DNA of 63,363 bases, from the NCBI GenBank assembly GCA_964463915.1, contig CAYXEH010000009.1, forward strand, positions 1 to 63,363, given 5' to 3'. This stretch comes from an uncultured Bacteroidales bacterium. GTDB taxonomy: Bacteria; Bacteroidota; Bacteroidia; Bacteroidales; UBA7960. The notes under the pieces were generated by a model. The model was given only the letters and a program-made list of their open reading frames with translations, was not told the DNA's origin and made no database searches. Positions within the stretch are counted from its first letter, which is position 1. The number at the start of each line of letters is the position of its first letter. The position numbers were made by a program, and so were the translations under genes. This document shows positions 9,586 to 19,785 of this stretch, one piece after another.

Positions 9586-11661
9586 ATGATTAAGCTAATT
9601 CATTTTCTTCAGCGGAATTATTCTCATATATACAAAACTATACTTGTTTTAGTGAGTATTGTACTGCTCGTTCAGCTTTTTCCGCGTCAGCCGGGAATTG
9701 AATATGAGTATCAGAGAGCACGTCCATGGATGTATGAAGACCTGATTGCACCTTTTAATTTTGCCGTACTTAAGTCTCCCCGTGAATTTGAACGTGAGAA
9801 AGACGAAGTTGAAGATGACTTCCGGCCTTTTTTTTCCCGGCGCCCGGTTGTAAAAGAATCCATGATGGAGGAGTTTGAGCGCTCCTTTGAAGAAGCCTGG
9901 GAGGAGAAATACCTGGGTACCAGGGAAACATTTAAAGATACCACCAGGGCTGCAGGCAAAGAAATATTGTCACATTTGTATGAACACGGTATTGTATACC
10001 TCGATGAGGAATACCGGGACAAGGGAGATGATTTTAAGATCCGGCTCCTGGAAGACAATATAGCCACAGGAATGCAACTCGGAGATCTTTATACCATTCA
10101 GGAAGCGTTTCTTTATGTGATCGATAAACTTGAGGCAATGGAGGGGCGTATTGACACGGAGTTACTCAGACCCTTGCTGGAGAGCACCCTGAGCCATAAT
10201 GTGTTTTATGATGATGAACTGACCAGCCAGGCCCTCAGCGCTGAAATGGAAAGCATTTCCCGGACAAGAGGGATGGTTCAGGAGGGAGAAAAAATTGTGT
10301 CCAAGGGTGAACTCATTACCGAAGACACCTATCAGATCCTCGAATCATTCAGGGCCGAGTATCAGCGACAGGTTGGGGATGCCTCCATGCTGGCAGTGCT
10401 TTATGCCGGTCAGTTTCTTCTGGTGAGCATCTCCATGATCGTACTGTTGCTGTTTCTTTATTTTTTCAGAAGAGATGTATTTATTGATAACCGGCGTGTG
10501 TTGCTTATCCTTCTTTCAGTCTTACTGATGGTATCCCTGACAAGCTTGGTTATCCGGTATAATGTGGACTATCTTTACCTGGTTCCTGTTGTAATGGTTC
10601 CCGTGATTATCCGGGCATTTTTCGATAACAGGCTTGCCTTGTATGTCCATATCACCACGATTATCATGATTGGTTTTCTGATCCCCAGGAGTTTTGAATT
10701 TGTTTTTCTGCAGTTTCTGGCCGGGATCATCGCCATACTTAGTATGGCCAGCCTCAGGCGACGTTCTCAGCTTTTCGTCACAGTTATTTTGGTCTTTTTT
10801 ACTTATTCGGCCGTATATTTTGGTCTTTCACTGGCTCATACCGGTTCATTTGAAAATCTTGTCTGGCAAGATTTTGTCTATTTTGCAGGTGGTGCCTTCC
10901 TGACGCTGTTTGCTTATCCGCTGATATTTTTATTTGAGCGCTTGTTCAGTATGCCCACTGACTTTTCTCTTCTGGAGCTGGCCGATACGAACAACCAGCT
11001 TTTGCGTAACCTGGGTATGCAGGCCCCGGGAACTTTTCAGCACTCACTCCAGGTAGCCAACCTGTCTGAAGAGGCCATAATTGCAATTGGCGGGAGTAGC
11101 CTGCTAACCAGAACCGGCGCTTTGTACCATGATATTGGAAAAATGAACAACCCTTTATATTTTACGGAAAACCAGACGTCAGGATACAATCCACATGATG
11201 AAATTTCCTACAAAGAAAGTGCTAGAATTATAATTGATCATGTGATTGATGGCATAGAGATGGCCCGCAAAAATAATCTTCCGGAATATGTCATAGATTT
11301 TATCAGGACCCATCACGGAACAACCACTGCACGGTATTTCTATACCATGGAGATGAAGGAGCGTCCCGATGAGGAAATCGACAAGGTCCAGTTTACTTAT
11401 CCGGGGCCTCGTCCTTTCAGCAAAGAAACGGCCGTGGTGATGATGGCAGACTCCGTGGAGGCAGCCTCCAGAAGCCTCGGTAAACCTGATGAGAAGCAGA
11501 TCAACGAACTTGTTGACAATATCATTGATACCCAGGTTAAAGAGAAGCAATTTGATAATGCGGATATTACCCTCAGGGATATCACCACAGTCAAGGGAAT
11601 ATTCAAGCGGATGCTTTTGAACATTTATCACGTGAGGGTTGCTTATCCCTCTTTGGGGTAG
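9586..11661 (+). CDS. 7TM-HD (HDIG) membrane phosphohydrolase, PgpH-like
   Basis: N-terminal TM, extracytoplasmic domain, 7 TM segments, APGTFQHS, YHDIGK, THHGT, MADSVEAASR; ATG 9586 preferred. Confidence 0.88.
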   Translation: MIKLIHFLQRNYSHIYKTILVLVSIVLLVQLFPRQPGIEYEYQRARPWMYEDLIAPFNFAVLKSPREFEREKDEVEDDFRPFFSRRPVVKESMMEEFERSFEEAWEEKYLGTRETFKDTTRAAGKEILSHLYEHGIVYLDEEYRDKGDDFKIRLLEDNIATGMQLGDLYTIQEAFLYVIDKLEAMEGRIDTELLRPLLESTLSHNVFYDDELTSQALSAEMESISRTRGMVQEGEKIVSKGELITEDTYQILESFRAEYQRQVGDASMLAVLYAGQFLLVSISMIVLLLFLYFFRRDVFIDNRRVLLILLSVLLMVSLTSLVIRYNVDYLYLVPVVMVPVIIRAFFDNRLALYVHITTIIMIGFLIPRSFEFVFLQFLAGIIAILSMASLRRRSQLFVTVILVFFTYSAVYFGLSLAHTGSFENLVWQDFVYFAGGAFLTLFAYPLIFLFERLFSMPTDFSLLELADTNNQLLRNLGMQAPGTFQHSLQVANLSEEAIIAIGGSSLLTRTGALYHDIGKMNNPLYFTENQTSGYNPHDEISYKESARIIIDHVIDGIEMARKNNLPEYVIDFIRTHHGTTTARYFYTMEMKERPDEEIDKVQFTYPGPRPFSKETAVVMMADSVEAASRSLGKPDEKQINELVDNIIDTQVKEKQFDNADITLRDITTVKGIFKRMLLNIYHVRVAYPSLG

Positions 11662-12344
11662 GTCTCCAGGTATTTTGCCGTTTCAGTCAGGTAGTCATTG
11701 CTTGCCGGGCCAAGATTAAACATGAGGTCTGCGATACTCAGATTGGGGATAAACCCATGTTTTTCTGTAAATGTTTGCTGATAAAACGGCCAGTGGCTGA
11801 TCAGTGGATATTCCCTGCGGTGGATCTTTGGCGTCAGTTTCTCCCTGAGATCGATCATTCCTTGCGGTTCACGCTCATACGATCTGGTAAGACTGATATC
11901 AGCCGGGATGGAAAGTTCTCCCATGATTGACTGCAAAACCTTCAGGTTGAATTCCCACAAAAATTCCGGAGTGGAGGTTGGCCGGAGGAAAAATGGAGCC
12001 AGAAGATCCTGGTAGTAAATGAAGAAGGGTGAGTTGCGGTAGGCACTGGTGATACTCCGCCAGTGCTTTTTACGCCAGTTTTCATGTGTAGAGACAACTA
12101 CCTCGTTGGTCTGTGAACGATTTCCTGAAGGACATTCCACAGGTATGATCAGGTTGCGGACTCCGTTTGCGGTATAGATGTTGCAACGATTTCGCCAGCT
12201 TTGCCGCTGATAGGTTTCATGCAGCTCAATTACTGCTCTCCCGGCCGAAACCATACAGACCATATATTCCAGGGGCGGGAGATACGCTACCGGCAAAAGA
12301 ACCTGCCGGGCTTCCTGTTTTATGCGTGGAGTTGTGTCACCCAT
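11643..12344 (-). CDS. WbqC-family protein
   Basis: YQRQSWRNRC, SAYRNSPFF, FIPNLSIADLMFNLG; overlaps 3' end of the convergent HD gene by 19 nt. Confidence 0.85.
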   Translation of the reverse strand: MGDTTPRIKQEARQVLLPVAYLPPLEYMVCMVSAGRAVIELHETYQRQSWRNRCNIYTANGVRNLIIPVECPSGNRSQTNEVVVSTHENWRKKHWRSITSAYRNSPFFIYYQDLLAPFFLRPTSTPEFLWEFNLKVLQSIMGELSIPADISLTRSYEREPQGMIDLREKLTPKIHRREYPLISHWPFYQQTFTEKHGFIPNLSIADLMFNLGPASNDYLTETAKYLETYPKEG

Positions 12345-12430
12345 TGTGTTTTATAGAATATAGCCTTATTTTTGTAAATAAGTGATCCTCAAAAATACAC
12401 ATAAGCTTACGACCGACAAACACCCAGGCC

Positions 12431-13945
12431 ATGAAGATACTCAACGCTTCGCAGATCAGAGAACTGGATGCCTATACCATCCGAAATGAGCCCGTTTCAT
12501 CCCTTGACCTGATGGAAAGGGCAGCCGGAAAATGTTATGACTGGATCAGACGTCACTTAAAAAAGAAGCAGGAGGTGAAGATCTTCTGCGGGATGGGAAA
12601 TAACGGCGGAGACGGGCTTGTAATCGGGCGAATGCTTGCCGGGGCAGGATATCATGTACGTATTTTTAAACTTTGTCATACGGATCATCCATCTGAAGAT
12701 TTTTCCACCAATGAAAAAAGGCTGGAGGGAGTGACCAATGCCAGACTAACAGAGGTACGAGAGGAGGATGATTTTCCTGCTTTGTCAGCGAATGACCTCG
12801 TGGTGGATGCCATACTGGGAAGCGGCCTGACCCGGCCGCTGGAGGGTATGCTGGCCAAAGTAGTCCAGCATATCAATGGTTCCGGCGCTGCTGTTGTGGC
12901 CATTGATTTTCCCACAGGTTTGTTTTGTGAGGATAACAGGGACAATGACCCTAAACGGATTATTCAGGCAGATTGTACCCTGAGTTTTCAACTCCCGAAG
13001 CTGGCTTTTATGTTTTCTTCCAATGAAAAATATTTGGGGTCATGGTATTTGATGGATATCGGATTGCACCCTGATGCAATTAAACAGGCAGAAACGAAAT
13101 ACCATTATCTGCAGGCTTCTGATATCAGGTCACTGTATCGGCCTCGTCGTAAGTTTGCGCACAAGGGGCACTTCGGACATGCCTATCTGATGGCCGGGAG
13201 CTATGGAAAGACCGGGGCAGCCGTATTGGCTGCAGAATCAGCACTGCGTAGCGGGGCTGGTTTGCTGACAGTGCAAATCCCCAAATGCGGGTACGAAGTT
13301 TTGCAGGCCAGTGTGCCTGAGGCAATGTGTGTACCGGACGAGCATCCTCATTTCTTATCCGGGATGGGAGACCTGGAAGGGTTCAATGCTGTGGGTGTCG
13401 GGCCGGGCATCGGTACGCATGATCAAACCGCCCGTGCCCTGAAAGTACTAATCCAGAATACCACGGTTCCCATGGTGCTTGATGCCGATGCCCTGAATAT
13501 CCTGGCAGACAATCTTACATGGTGTGGTTTTTTACCCAAGGGATCTGTTTTTACCCCGCATCCGGGGGAATTCGATCGCCTGGCAGGGAAAACCACAGAC
13601 GATCATGACAGGTTGGAGAAAGCCATTGAACTCGCCCATCGTTTCCAGGTGCATATCATCCTGAAAGGAGCCCATACAGTGGTCGTTTCACCGGACGGAA
13701 GGTGCTTTTTCAATTCAACGGGCAACCCAGGAATGGCTACCGGAGGGAGTGGTGATGTGCTGACGGGGATGGTACTGGGATGGCTTGCACAGAATTACTC
13801 TCCATTGCACAGTTGCCTGATGGCCGTTTATCTGCACGGAGGGGCCGGTGACCTGGCAGGGGTACGTAAGGGAGATGAAGGCCTGATTGCCAGTGATATT
13901 ATTGCGAATTTGCCCACGGCCATTAAAACCACCATGAGACAGTAA
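12431..13945 (+). CDS. nnr: Bifunctional NAD(P)H-hydrate epimerase/dehydratase
   Basis: LMERA, CGMGNNGGDG (YjeF_N); HKGHFG, LDADAL, TPHPGEF, ATGGSGDVL (YjeF_C). Confidence 0.93.
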   Translation: MKILNASQIRELDAYTIRNEPVSSLDLMERAAGKCYDWIRRHLKKKQEVKIFCGMGNNGGDGLVIGRMLAGAGYHVRIFKLCHTDHPSEDFSTNEKRLEGVTNARLTEVREEDDFPALSANDLVVDAILGSGLTRPLEGMLAKVVQHINGSGAAVVAIDFPTGLFCEDNRDNDPKRIIQADCTLSFQLPKLAFMFSSNEKYLGSWYLMDIGLHPDAIKQAETKYHYLQASDIRSLYRPRRKFAHKGHFGHAYLMAGSYGKTGAAVLAAESALRSGAGLLTVQIPKCGYEVLQASVPEAMCVPDEHPHFLSGMGDLEGFNAVGVGPGIGTHDQTARALKVLIQNTTVPMVLDADALNILADNLTWCGFLPKGSVFTPHPGEFDRLAGKTTDDHDRLEKAIELAHRFQVHIILKGAHTVVVSPDGRCFFNSTGNPGMATGGSGDVLTGMVLGWLAQNYSPLHSCLMAVYLHGGAGDLAGVRKGDEGLIASDIIANLPTAIKTTMRQ

Positions 13946-14018
13946 ACAAAAGCATTGTTCCTGCTGTTTACTTCCCGACAAACAGATGGTCATTTTTCAG
14001 AATAAATACCAGGAACAT

Positions 14019-16106
14019 ATGGCAAGCAAAACAAATAAAACCAGTAAAAAGGAAGAATCCGTAAAGGAGCCGGCCAAAAAATACACGCTCAAAAACGTTA
14101 AGCACGAACAATTTAAGGAATGGTACCGGTTGATGGCACTGGGGCGTAAACTTGATGAAAAAGCGCCCAATTACCTTAAACAGGCACTGGGGTGGTCTTA
14201 TCATGCGCCCTATGCCGGACACGATGCCATTCAGCTGGCCATTGGACAGGTTTTTGACCGGAAAACCGATCACCTTTTCCCTTACTACCGCGATATGCTG
14301 GTAGCTATATCGGCAGGAATTTCCACAGAAGAAATCCTTCGTAACGGGTTGTCAAAAGCCACTGATGTGGCCAGTGGCGGGCGACATATGTCAAACCATT
14401 TTGCCAAACCGGAATGGAATATTCACAATGTGTCTTCTTCTACGGGAAATCATACGCTGCATGCGGTAGGTGTGGCCCGGGCCATGAAGCGCTACGGACA
14501 TAAAGGAGTGGCCATCAGTTCGCAGGGTGAGTCTTCCGTGTCTGAAGGCTATGTGTATGAAGCCATCAACGGGGCCAGCAATGAAAAATTACCGGTGGTT
14601 TTCGTGTTTCAGGACAACGGATATGGGATCTCAGTGCCCAAAAAAGACCAGACAGCCAACAGGAAGGCGGCTGACAACTTCAGCGGATTCAAAAACCTTC
14701 GAATCATTCACTGTGATGGTAAGGATGTGCTGAGTTCCATGAATGCGATGTGGGAAGCCCGCCGGCATGCCATTGAAGAGGGAGAGCCGGTAATCGTTCA
14801 CGCCAGTGTGGTTCGTATCGGATCCCATTCAAACAGTGACCGGCATGACCTCTACAGGGATGAGGCAGAGTTGCACTGTGTGAGAGCCAATGATCCTGTC
14901 GGAAAGATTCAGCAGTTGCTTGAGGACAATAAAATCATGTCGAAAGAGGAGCAAAAGGAAATTGACAGGGAGGTGGGGAAGATGATCACCGATGCCCATA
15001 AAAAAATCCTGAAAGAACCTGATCCGGATCCCGCATCGATTTATGATCACGTACTCCCGGAGTCTTATAAGCCTGAGAAATATCCCGAAGGGATTCATGA
15101 CGAAAAAGGGGAGAAGAAGAAACTGATCACTGCACTGAATGAAACACTGAAAGCCGAGTTCCGGCACAATCCGGACACCTATATATGGGGTCAGGACGTG
15201 GCATACAAGGAGAAAGGAGGGATATTTAACGTGACCAAGGGGATGCAGCAGGAATTTGGGATCGGGCGTGTGTTTAATGCACCCATTGCTGAAGATTATA
15301 TTGTGGGAACGGCCAATGGAATGACCCGTTTCGATGAGAAAATCCGTGTGGTGATTGAAGGAGCCGAATTTGCTGATTATTTCTGGCCGGCTATGGAGCA
15401 GTATGTGGAAATGACCCATGATTACTGGCGGAGTAACGGACAATTTGCACCGAATGTAACCATCAGGCTTGCCTCAGGAGGATACATCGGGGGAGGCTTG
15501 TATCATTCCCAGACCACAGAAGGCGCATTGGCCACTTTCCCGGGTATAAGGGTTGTATATCCTTCTTTTGCTGATGATGCCGCAGGCCTGTTAAGGACAG
15601 CTATGCGATCCAAAGGCCCCACATTGTTTCTCGAACCCAAGGCCCTTTACAATGCCAAAATGGCTGAAACGATTGTGCCCGATGATTTTGAAGTTCCTTT
15701 TGGCAAAGCAAGGGTAAGAAGAAAGGGCAGTGACCTTAGCATTATTACTTATGGCAATACAACCCACCTGAGCATGCAGGCAGCCGGTAAAATTGCTGAA
15801 GAAACCGGTAAAGAGATTGAAGTCATAGACATACGTTCCCTGATACCACTGGATTCAGAGACCATCCTGGAATCCGTTAAAAAAACCAACCGCGTGCTGG
15901 TGGTTCATGAGGATAAAGTTTTCAGCGGTTTTGGCGGAGAACTTGCCGCGCAAATTACCAGTGAGGGGTTTGAGTACCTGGATGCACCGGTGAAACGTGT
16001 TGGGTCTGCCTTTACACCAGTAGGGTTTCATAAAAACCTTGAGGCTGCCATTTTGCCGTCGATGGGAGGAATTAAAGCCGCGGCCCGTGAGTTGCTGGAA
16101 TACTAG
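14019..16106 (+). CDS. 2-oxoacid (probably 2-oxoisovalerate) dehydrogenase E1, fused alpha/beta
   Basis: PYYRD, GESS...DNGYGIS ThDP region, HSNSD; beta half GQDV, EFADY, YHSQ, FLEPK, IDIRSL; start may be 13986 or 14019. Confidence 0.88.
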   Translation: MASKTNKTSKKEESVKEPAKKYTLKNVKHEQFKEWYRLMALGRKLDEKAPNYLKQALGWSYHAPYAGHDAIQLAIGQVFDRKTDHLFPYYRDMLVAISAGISTEEILRNGLSKATDVASGGRHMSNHFAKPEWNIHNVSSSTGNHTLHAVGVARAMKRYGHKGVAISSQGESSVSEGYVYEAINGASNEKLPVVFVFQDNGYGISVPKKDQTANRKAADNFSGFKNLRIIHCDGKDVLSSMNAMWEARRHAIEEGEPVIVHASVVRIGSHSNSDRHDLYRDEAELHCVRANDPVGKIQQLLEDNKIMSKEEQKEIDREVGKMITDAHKKILKEPDPDPASIYDHVLPESYKPEKYPEGIHDEKGEKKKLITALNETLKAEFRHNPDTYIWGQDVAYKEKGGIFNVTKGMQQEFGIGRVFNAPIAEDYIVGTANGMTRFDEKIRVVIEGAEFADYFWPAMEQYVEMTHDYWRSNGQFAPNVTIRLASGGYIGGGLYHSQTTEGALATFPGIRVVYPSFADDAAGLLRTAMRSKGPTLFLEPKALYNAKMAETIVPDDFEVPFGKARVRRKGSDLSIITYGNTTHLSMQAAGKIAEETGKEIEVIDIRSLIPLDSETILESVKKTNRVLVVHEDKVFSGFGGELAAQITSEGFEYLDAPVKRVGSAFTPVGFHKNLEAAILPSMGGIKAAARELLEY

Positions 16107-16153
16107 TTCCGCATCAATATTCGAGGGCCGGCTGAATTAGCGTTGACACGGCA

Positions 16154-17026
16154 CTAATCCCAGAGGTGAATCGGCCGGCTTTTTTTGTCTTGTTGATTCT
16201 TTTGGATGTCTGGCTGGGTTTCCCTGAAATAAAAAGCATAGTTGATGACATAGATCTCTCCATCCGGGAATAACGGATGATAATCCATGGCCACTCCAAT
16301 AAACCTGAATCCTGGATTCAGTATATTTTTTCTGTGAGTTCTGTCAGCCACATTGTCATTGATAAGCATGTACATCAGGGCATCATGGGGGGAAAAACTG
16401 CCATAGTTGATGTTCTCCCCAATTTGTTGTTCCCATTCACCCTCTCTTTCAATCCTTGCTATCAGGCCACCCTGTCCGTCGTGACCCCTGGTTTCATTCC
16501 GGACCAGGTAATCGGCATGGGATATTGCCGCTTCATGCAAACCCTGCGAGGGAAACAAGATACCAACCGGTTTGGTGTTCAGTAATTCCCAGTAAAGTTC
16601 TGTGGCGGGTTTATTCCCTTCCCCGGTCAGCATAACAAGGTCTCTTCCCGGGTAATGAAATTCGGTACCCTTAAAATAGGTAATATATTCTGTTACATAT
16701 TGCCGTGCAAACATCGCCGGGTCATGCCTTACCAGGTTATGGGCAAGAATCAGGTTCATCTCTTCATCATCCATGTATTGATGCCCGGCGGCAGTATTCA
16801 ATTCACTGACCGGCCATCCGTCAGCCTCCAGCCTGGCGGCATATTCTTCATTGCTCAGATGTCGCTCTGCTACTTTTCGGGTGCTTACCTCCGAGTAGTC
16901 AATTGAAAGGAGAAAGCACATACATGAGGGCAGCAGTAATAAACCAAGGGGGAGAATCAAAAATAAACGGCGAAACTGATTCCTGACATTTGCCGTAGAA
17001 TCAAACTTCCTGGGCAGGGCTTTCAT
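16154..17026 (-). CDS. CAP/SCP-domain exported protein
   Basis: Hydrophobic N-terminus with Cys; HNLVR, HADYL, GH, GENI, HRKNIL, IGVA CAP motifs. Confidence 0.8.
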   Translation of the reverse strand: MKALPRKFDSTANVRNQFRRLFLILPLGLLLLPSCMCFLLSIDYSEVSTRKVAERHLSNEEYAARLEADGWPVSELNTAAGHQYMDDEEMNLILAHNLVRHDPAMFARQYVTEYITYFKGTEFHYPGRDLVMLTGEGNKPATELYWELLNTKPVGILFPSQGLHEAAISHADYLVRNETRGHDGQGGLIARIEREGEWEQQIGENINYGSFSPHDALMYMLINDNVADRTHRKNILNPGFRFIGVAMDYHPLFPDGEIYVINYAFYFRETQPDIQKNQQDKKSRPIHLWD

Positions 17027-17062
17027 TGTTAGTGGCAGAAAATTATAGTTGGAAGTAATTGT

Positions 17063-18736
17063 TTAGTAGGGTGCATATGAGATGATCAGTCTCCATCTTG
17101 CATTATGCAGGCGAATTGTGTCCCAGACAGCCAATCTGACCATTCGGTTACCATTCCCGGGATCCTGGTATACGTAATCTCCCGTACCGCTCGGACTTTC
17201 TGCAATTTCATCGCCCAGTTCAAGTAAGCTTTGCAATTCTTCATACCGGTAGTCTAGGAAAAGCATTTTGCCGGTTCCTTCAAAAGCCTTGTCAAAAATA
17301 ATACGACCTTCCGGTTCCATGATCCAGGGTTCATACTTGGTTTCAGCGATGTAGGGAGTAGCCAGTTCCTCGACCATTACGTCCGGCCTGATAAGCAGGC
17401 TTACTGAACCGTGAAACTTGCCATCACTATCTATAATCGGGTGTTGCAAACTTACTGCATCAAATCCTTCTACAGACAGGAAGGAATTACTGAGCATGGG
17501 AGCCTTGTTTCTTTGCATAAGAAAATAATTCTCCTGGTCTCGGATATTTGCCCCTTCCGAAGGGTGAAATTCAGGCGGCTCCACATATACCAGTACCCCA
17601 TTGGTGTCTATCAGGGCGCATGTCACGATATATGGGTTATCCTCGTATAGCTTACTGAATGTGTCTCTGACCACGTGTTCCGGTGGGATTTGCCCGTTGA
17701 AGGAAGTCACTGCATCGTCCAGTTGCCGGTCCATGCTGTGTAACTCATCAGAAAGGGTTTGCCTGAGGTTCTCCAGGATCTCACTGGCTTCAGGCATATA
17801 ATGATCCTCTGATCTTTCCCCGATCTTCCCCAGTATCACACGCCATTTATTGAAAGGTACCTGGTTGAAAAGAATATGTGTGTTTCTGCCTGCAAAGATA
17901 TAAGAGGTATACCCCTGAGAGTGGGCCATCATTGTTTCAACCGCATGACGCAGAGAAGGGCTGCCTTCTTCAGTAGGATTCATAAAAACAAAATCAGTGC
18001 GCGGATGCAAAACCGTGGTCCCCTCTTCATCAAGCACGTACCATAGATAGTCGTCATCCAGGTTCAGGGCATTGCTGATCAGTTGCTGGAATTCATCAAG
18101 AAAAATGGAAATGGCCACCGCGCCGGTGACTTCTTCACCTTCAAAGACAGGGACCGCCATCAATACGGATTGTTTTCCGGTTGAGCGACTGTAGATCAGT
18201 GATCCATGAATTTCTGCCCCATTGAAGAGTGCATTGAAGTATTCACGGTCAGAAAGATTGAATTTTGTGTAACCCCCATCAACACTGTAATACCCTCCGT
18301 CAGGTTCGATATAGAGTGCGGCTCCGGGAATGGCATTACGCAGTGTCTGCAGTCCCGGCCGGATTTCGGGCCAGATCCCGCTTCTCGTGGCCGGATTTCC
18401 GGCGATCAGTCGCAGGGAGGTTAAAGCATGCTGCAGGTAGCGGTCAATCAATGCAGTAGCCGTTCCCAATGCAGCCCTGGCATCAATATCGTACGTCATT
18501 GACTCATTCTCTGGCCACTGGTCATTATGTGCCGCGGTATCAACTTCTTTTTCCTGGGCCGGGGCATAAAAACCGCTAAAGGTGTCTTTGTGTACTTTAA
18601 TATTATTCTCAGCAGATGAGAATCCTGCATGGGAAAGGGGTGCCCACTGAAAGCAAAAAACCAGCAAGAGACAAACCCTGAAATTTGGAAGTGTGTTTTT
18701 CCGGACCTTTTTGTTGTGTTTTGGTGAATTTTTCAT
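17063..18736 (-). CDS. Exported protein with two Cache-like sensor domains and no output domain
   Basis: Signal peptide; NLSDREYF...SRSTGK...AVPV...LHP (dCache-like) and a second NIRDQE...QHPI...GDY unit; no second TM or kinase/MCP domain. Confidence 0.7.
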   Translation of the reverse strand: MKNSPKHNKKVRKNTLPNFRVCLLLVFCFQWAPLSHAGFSSAENNIKVHKDTFSGFYAPAQEKEVDTAAHNDQWPENESMTYDIDARAALGTATALIDRYLQHALTSLRLIAGNPATRSGIWPEIRPGLQTLRNAIPGAALYIEPDGGYYSVDGGYTKFNLSDREYFNALFNGAEIHGSLIYSRSTGKQSVLMAVPVFEGEEVTGAVAISIFLDEFQQLISNALNLDDDYLWYVLDEEGTTVLHPRTDFVFMNPTEEGSPSLRHAVETMMAHSQGYTSYIFAGRNTHILFNQVPFNKWRVILGKIGERSEDHYMPEASEILENLRQTLSDELHSMDRQLDDAVTSFNGQIPPEHVVRDTFSKLYEDNPYIVTCALIDTNGVLVYVEPPEFHPSEGANIRDQENYFLMQRNKAPMLSNSFLSVEGFDAVSLQHPIIDSDGKFHGSVSLLIRPDVMVEELATPYIAETKYEPWIMEPEGRIIFDKAFEGTGKMLFLDYRYEELQSLLELGDEIAESPSGTGDYVYQDPGNGNRMVRLAVWDTIRLHNARWRLIISYAPY

Positions 18737-18945
18737 GGTGGTACCCTCCTGTCTTTATGTAGATATAAAATGTTGTCTTACAGGGGGAATCCGCCGTTTT
18801 TCTCAAATAATAACACCTAATAAACCAGGTCTTCCCGGGCGGGTATAACCTTATTCCCACCCTAAATTTATTGATAAATCAGGGAATAAACAAGTTAAAA
18901 CACAAAAGAATTGATTTTTCAGTACGCTGGAATGATTGTGTTGCC

Positions 18946-19266
18946 TTAATTAACTGCGCCCAATAATTCAAGGAGTTGCCTTTTGCGTCGCCGGGCTACC
19001 GGCAGTTCATGCCCTCTGATGCGGATTAGCAGACGGTTATTTTTGATTTCCATTTCACGCACCCGCCTGAGGTTTACCAGGTATGAGCGGTGGATGCGAA
19101 AAAATAACCGGTCTGTGAGTGCAGTCTCGATTGTGGAGAGAGGTAAGTCCACAACTTCATTTGAGCCGTTTTTCATTACCAGAATGGTATAGCCGTGAAA
19201 CAAGAAAGCATAGTCAATGTCTTGCTTATCAGTAATCAGTTCTCTTAATTCATCTGGAGTATCCAT
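18946..19266 (-). CDS. Stand-alone LytTR DNA-binding protein
   Basis: FFRIHRSYLVN and LPVARRR; 106 aa, no receiver domain. Confidence 0.82.
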   Translation of the reverse strand: MDTPDELRELITDKQDIDYAFLFHGYTILVMKNGSNEVVDLPLSTIETALTDRLFFRIHRSYLVNLRRVREMEIKNNRLLIRIRGHELPVARRRKRQLLELLGAVN

Positions 19267-19297
19267 GGTTCATTCTTTTAATATATTGACAAAAATA

Positions 19298-19657
19298 TCA
19301 GGATTGCATTTGGATTGATCGGGAGGAGAGAAAATTCTCCAGGGACCTTCTTCTTCTGCGGGCTACCGGCACGATTTCCCTCCCTGATAAAAGGCGGACG
19401 ATGCCCTCAGGGGCATAAGCACTGACGAATGTTTTGTTAATAATATAGTTTCTGTGTGTCCTGAAGAACAGGTCTTCAGGCATTAATTTTTCCAGGCCGT
19501 TCAGGGGAGTGTGGAGTTTCTTAAGTATTTCTTTCCCCATATAAACAACCGATAAGCCGTCGTGGTAATGGACATGTGTGATGTTCACATAAGGAATCAG
19601 CCGCAGGCGTCGGGGTTCCCGAACCCATATTCCGTCTCCGATTGTTTTTGTTTCCAT
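19298..19657 (-). CDS. Stand-alone LytTR DNA-binding protein
   Basis: FFRTHRNYIIN and VPVARRR; 119 aa, no receiver domain. Confidence 0.82.
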   Translation of the reverse strand: METKTIGDGIWVREPRRLRLIPYVNITHVHYHDGLSVVYMGKEILKKLHTPLNGLEKLMPEDLFFRTHRNYIINKTFVSAYAPEGIVRLLSGREIVPVARRRRRSLENFLSSRSIQMQS

Positions 19658-19785
19658 ATCTGTTTTGTTTGTTATGTGTTAATACGTCATAAAAATATAA
19701 CGCTTCGTATAAAAAACAAAACAAAAAAATAGAAAATATTGAGGAAGGGTTCTCAGGTTGAGCTAAGTGGTCAACGGCTTACGGA

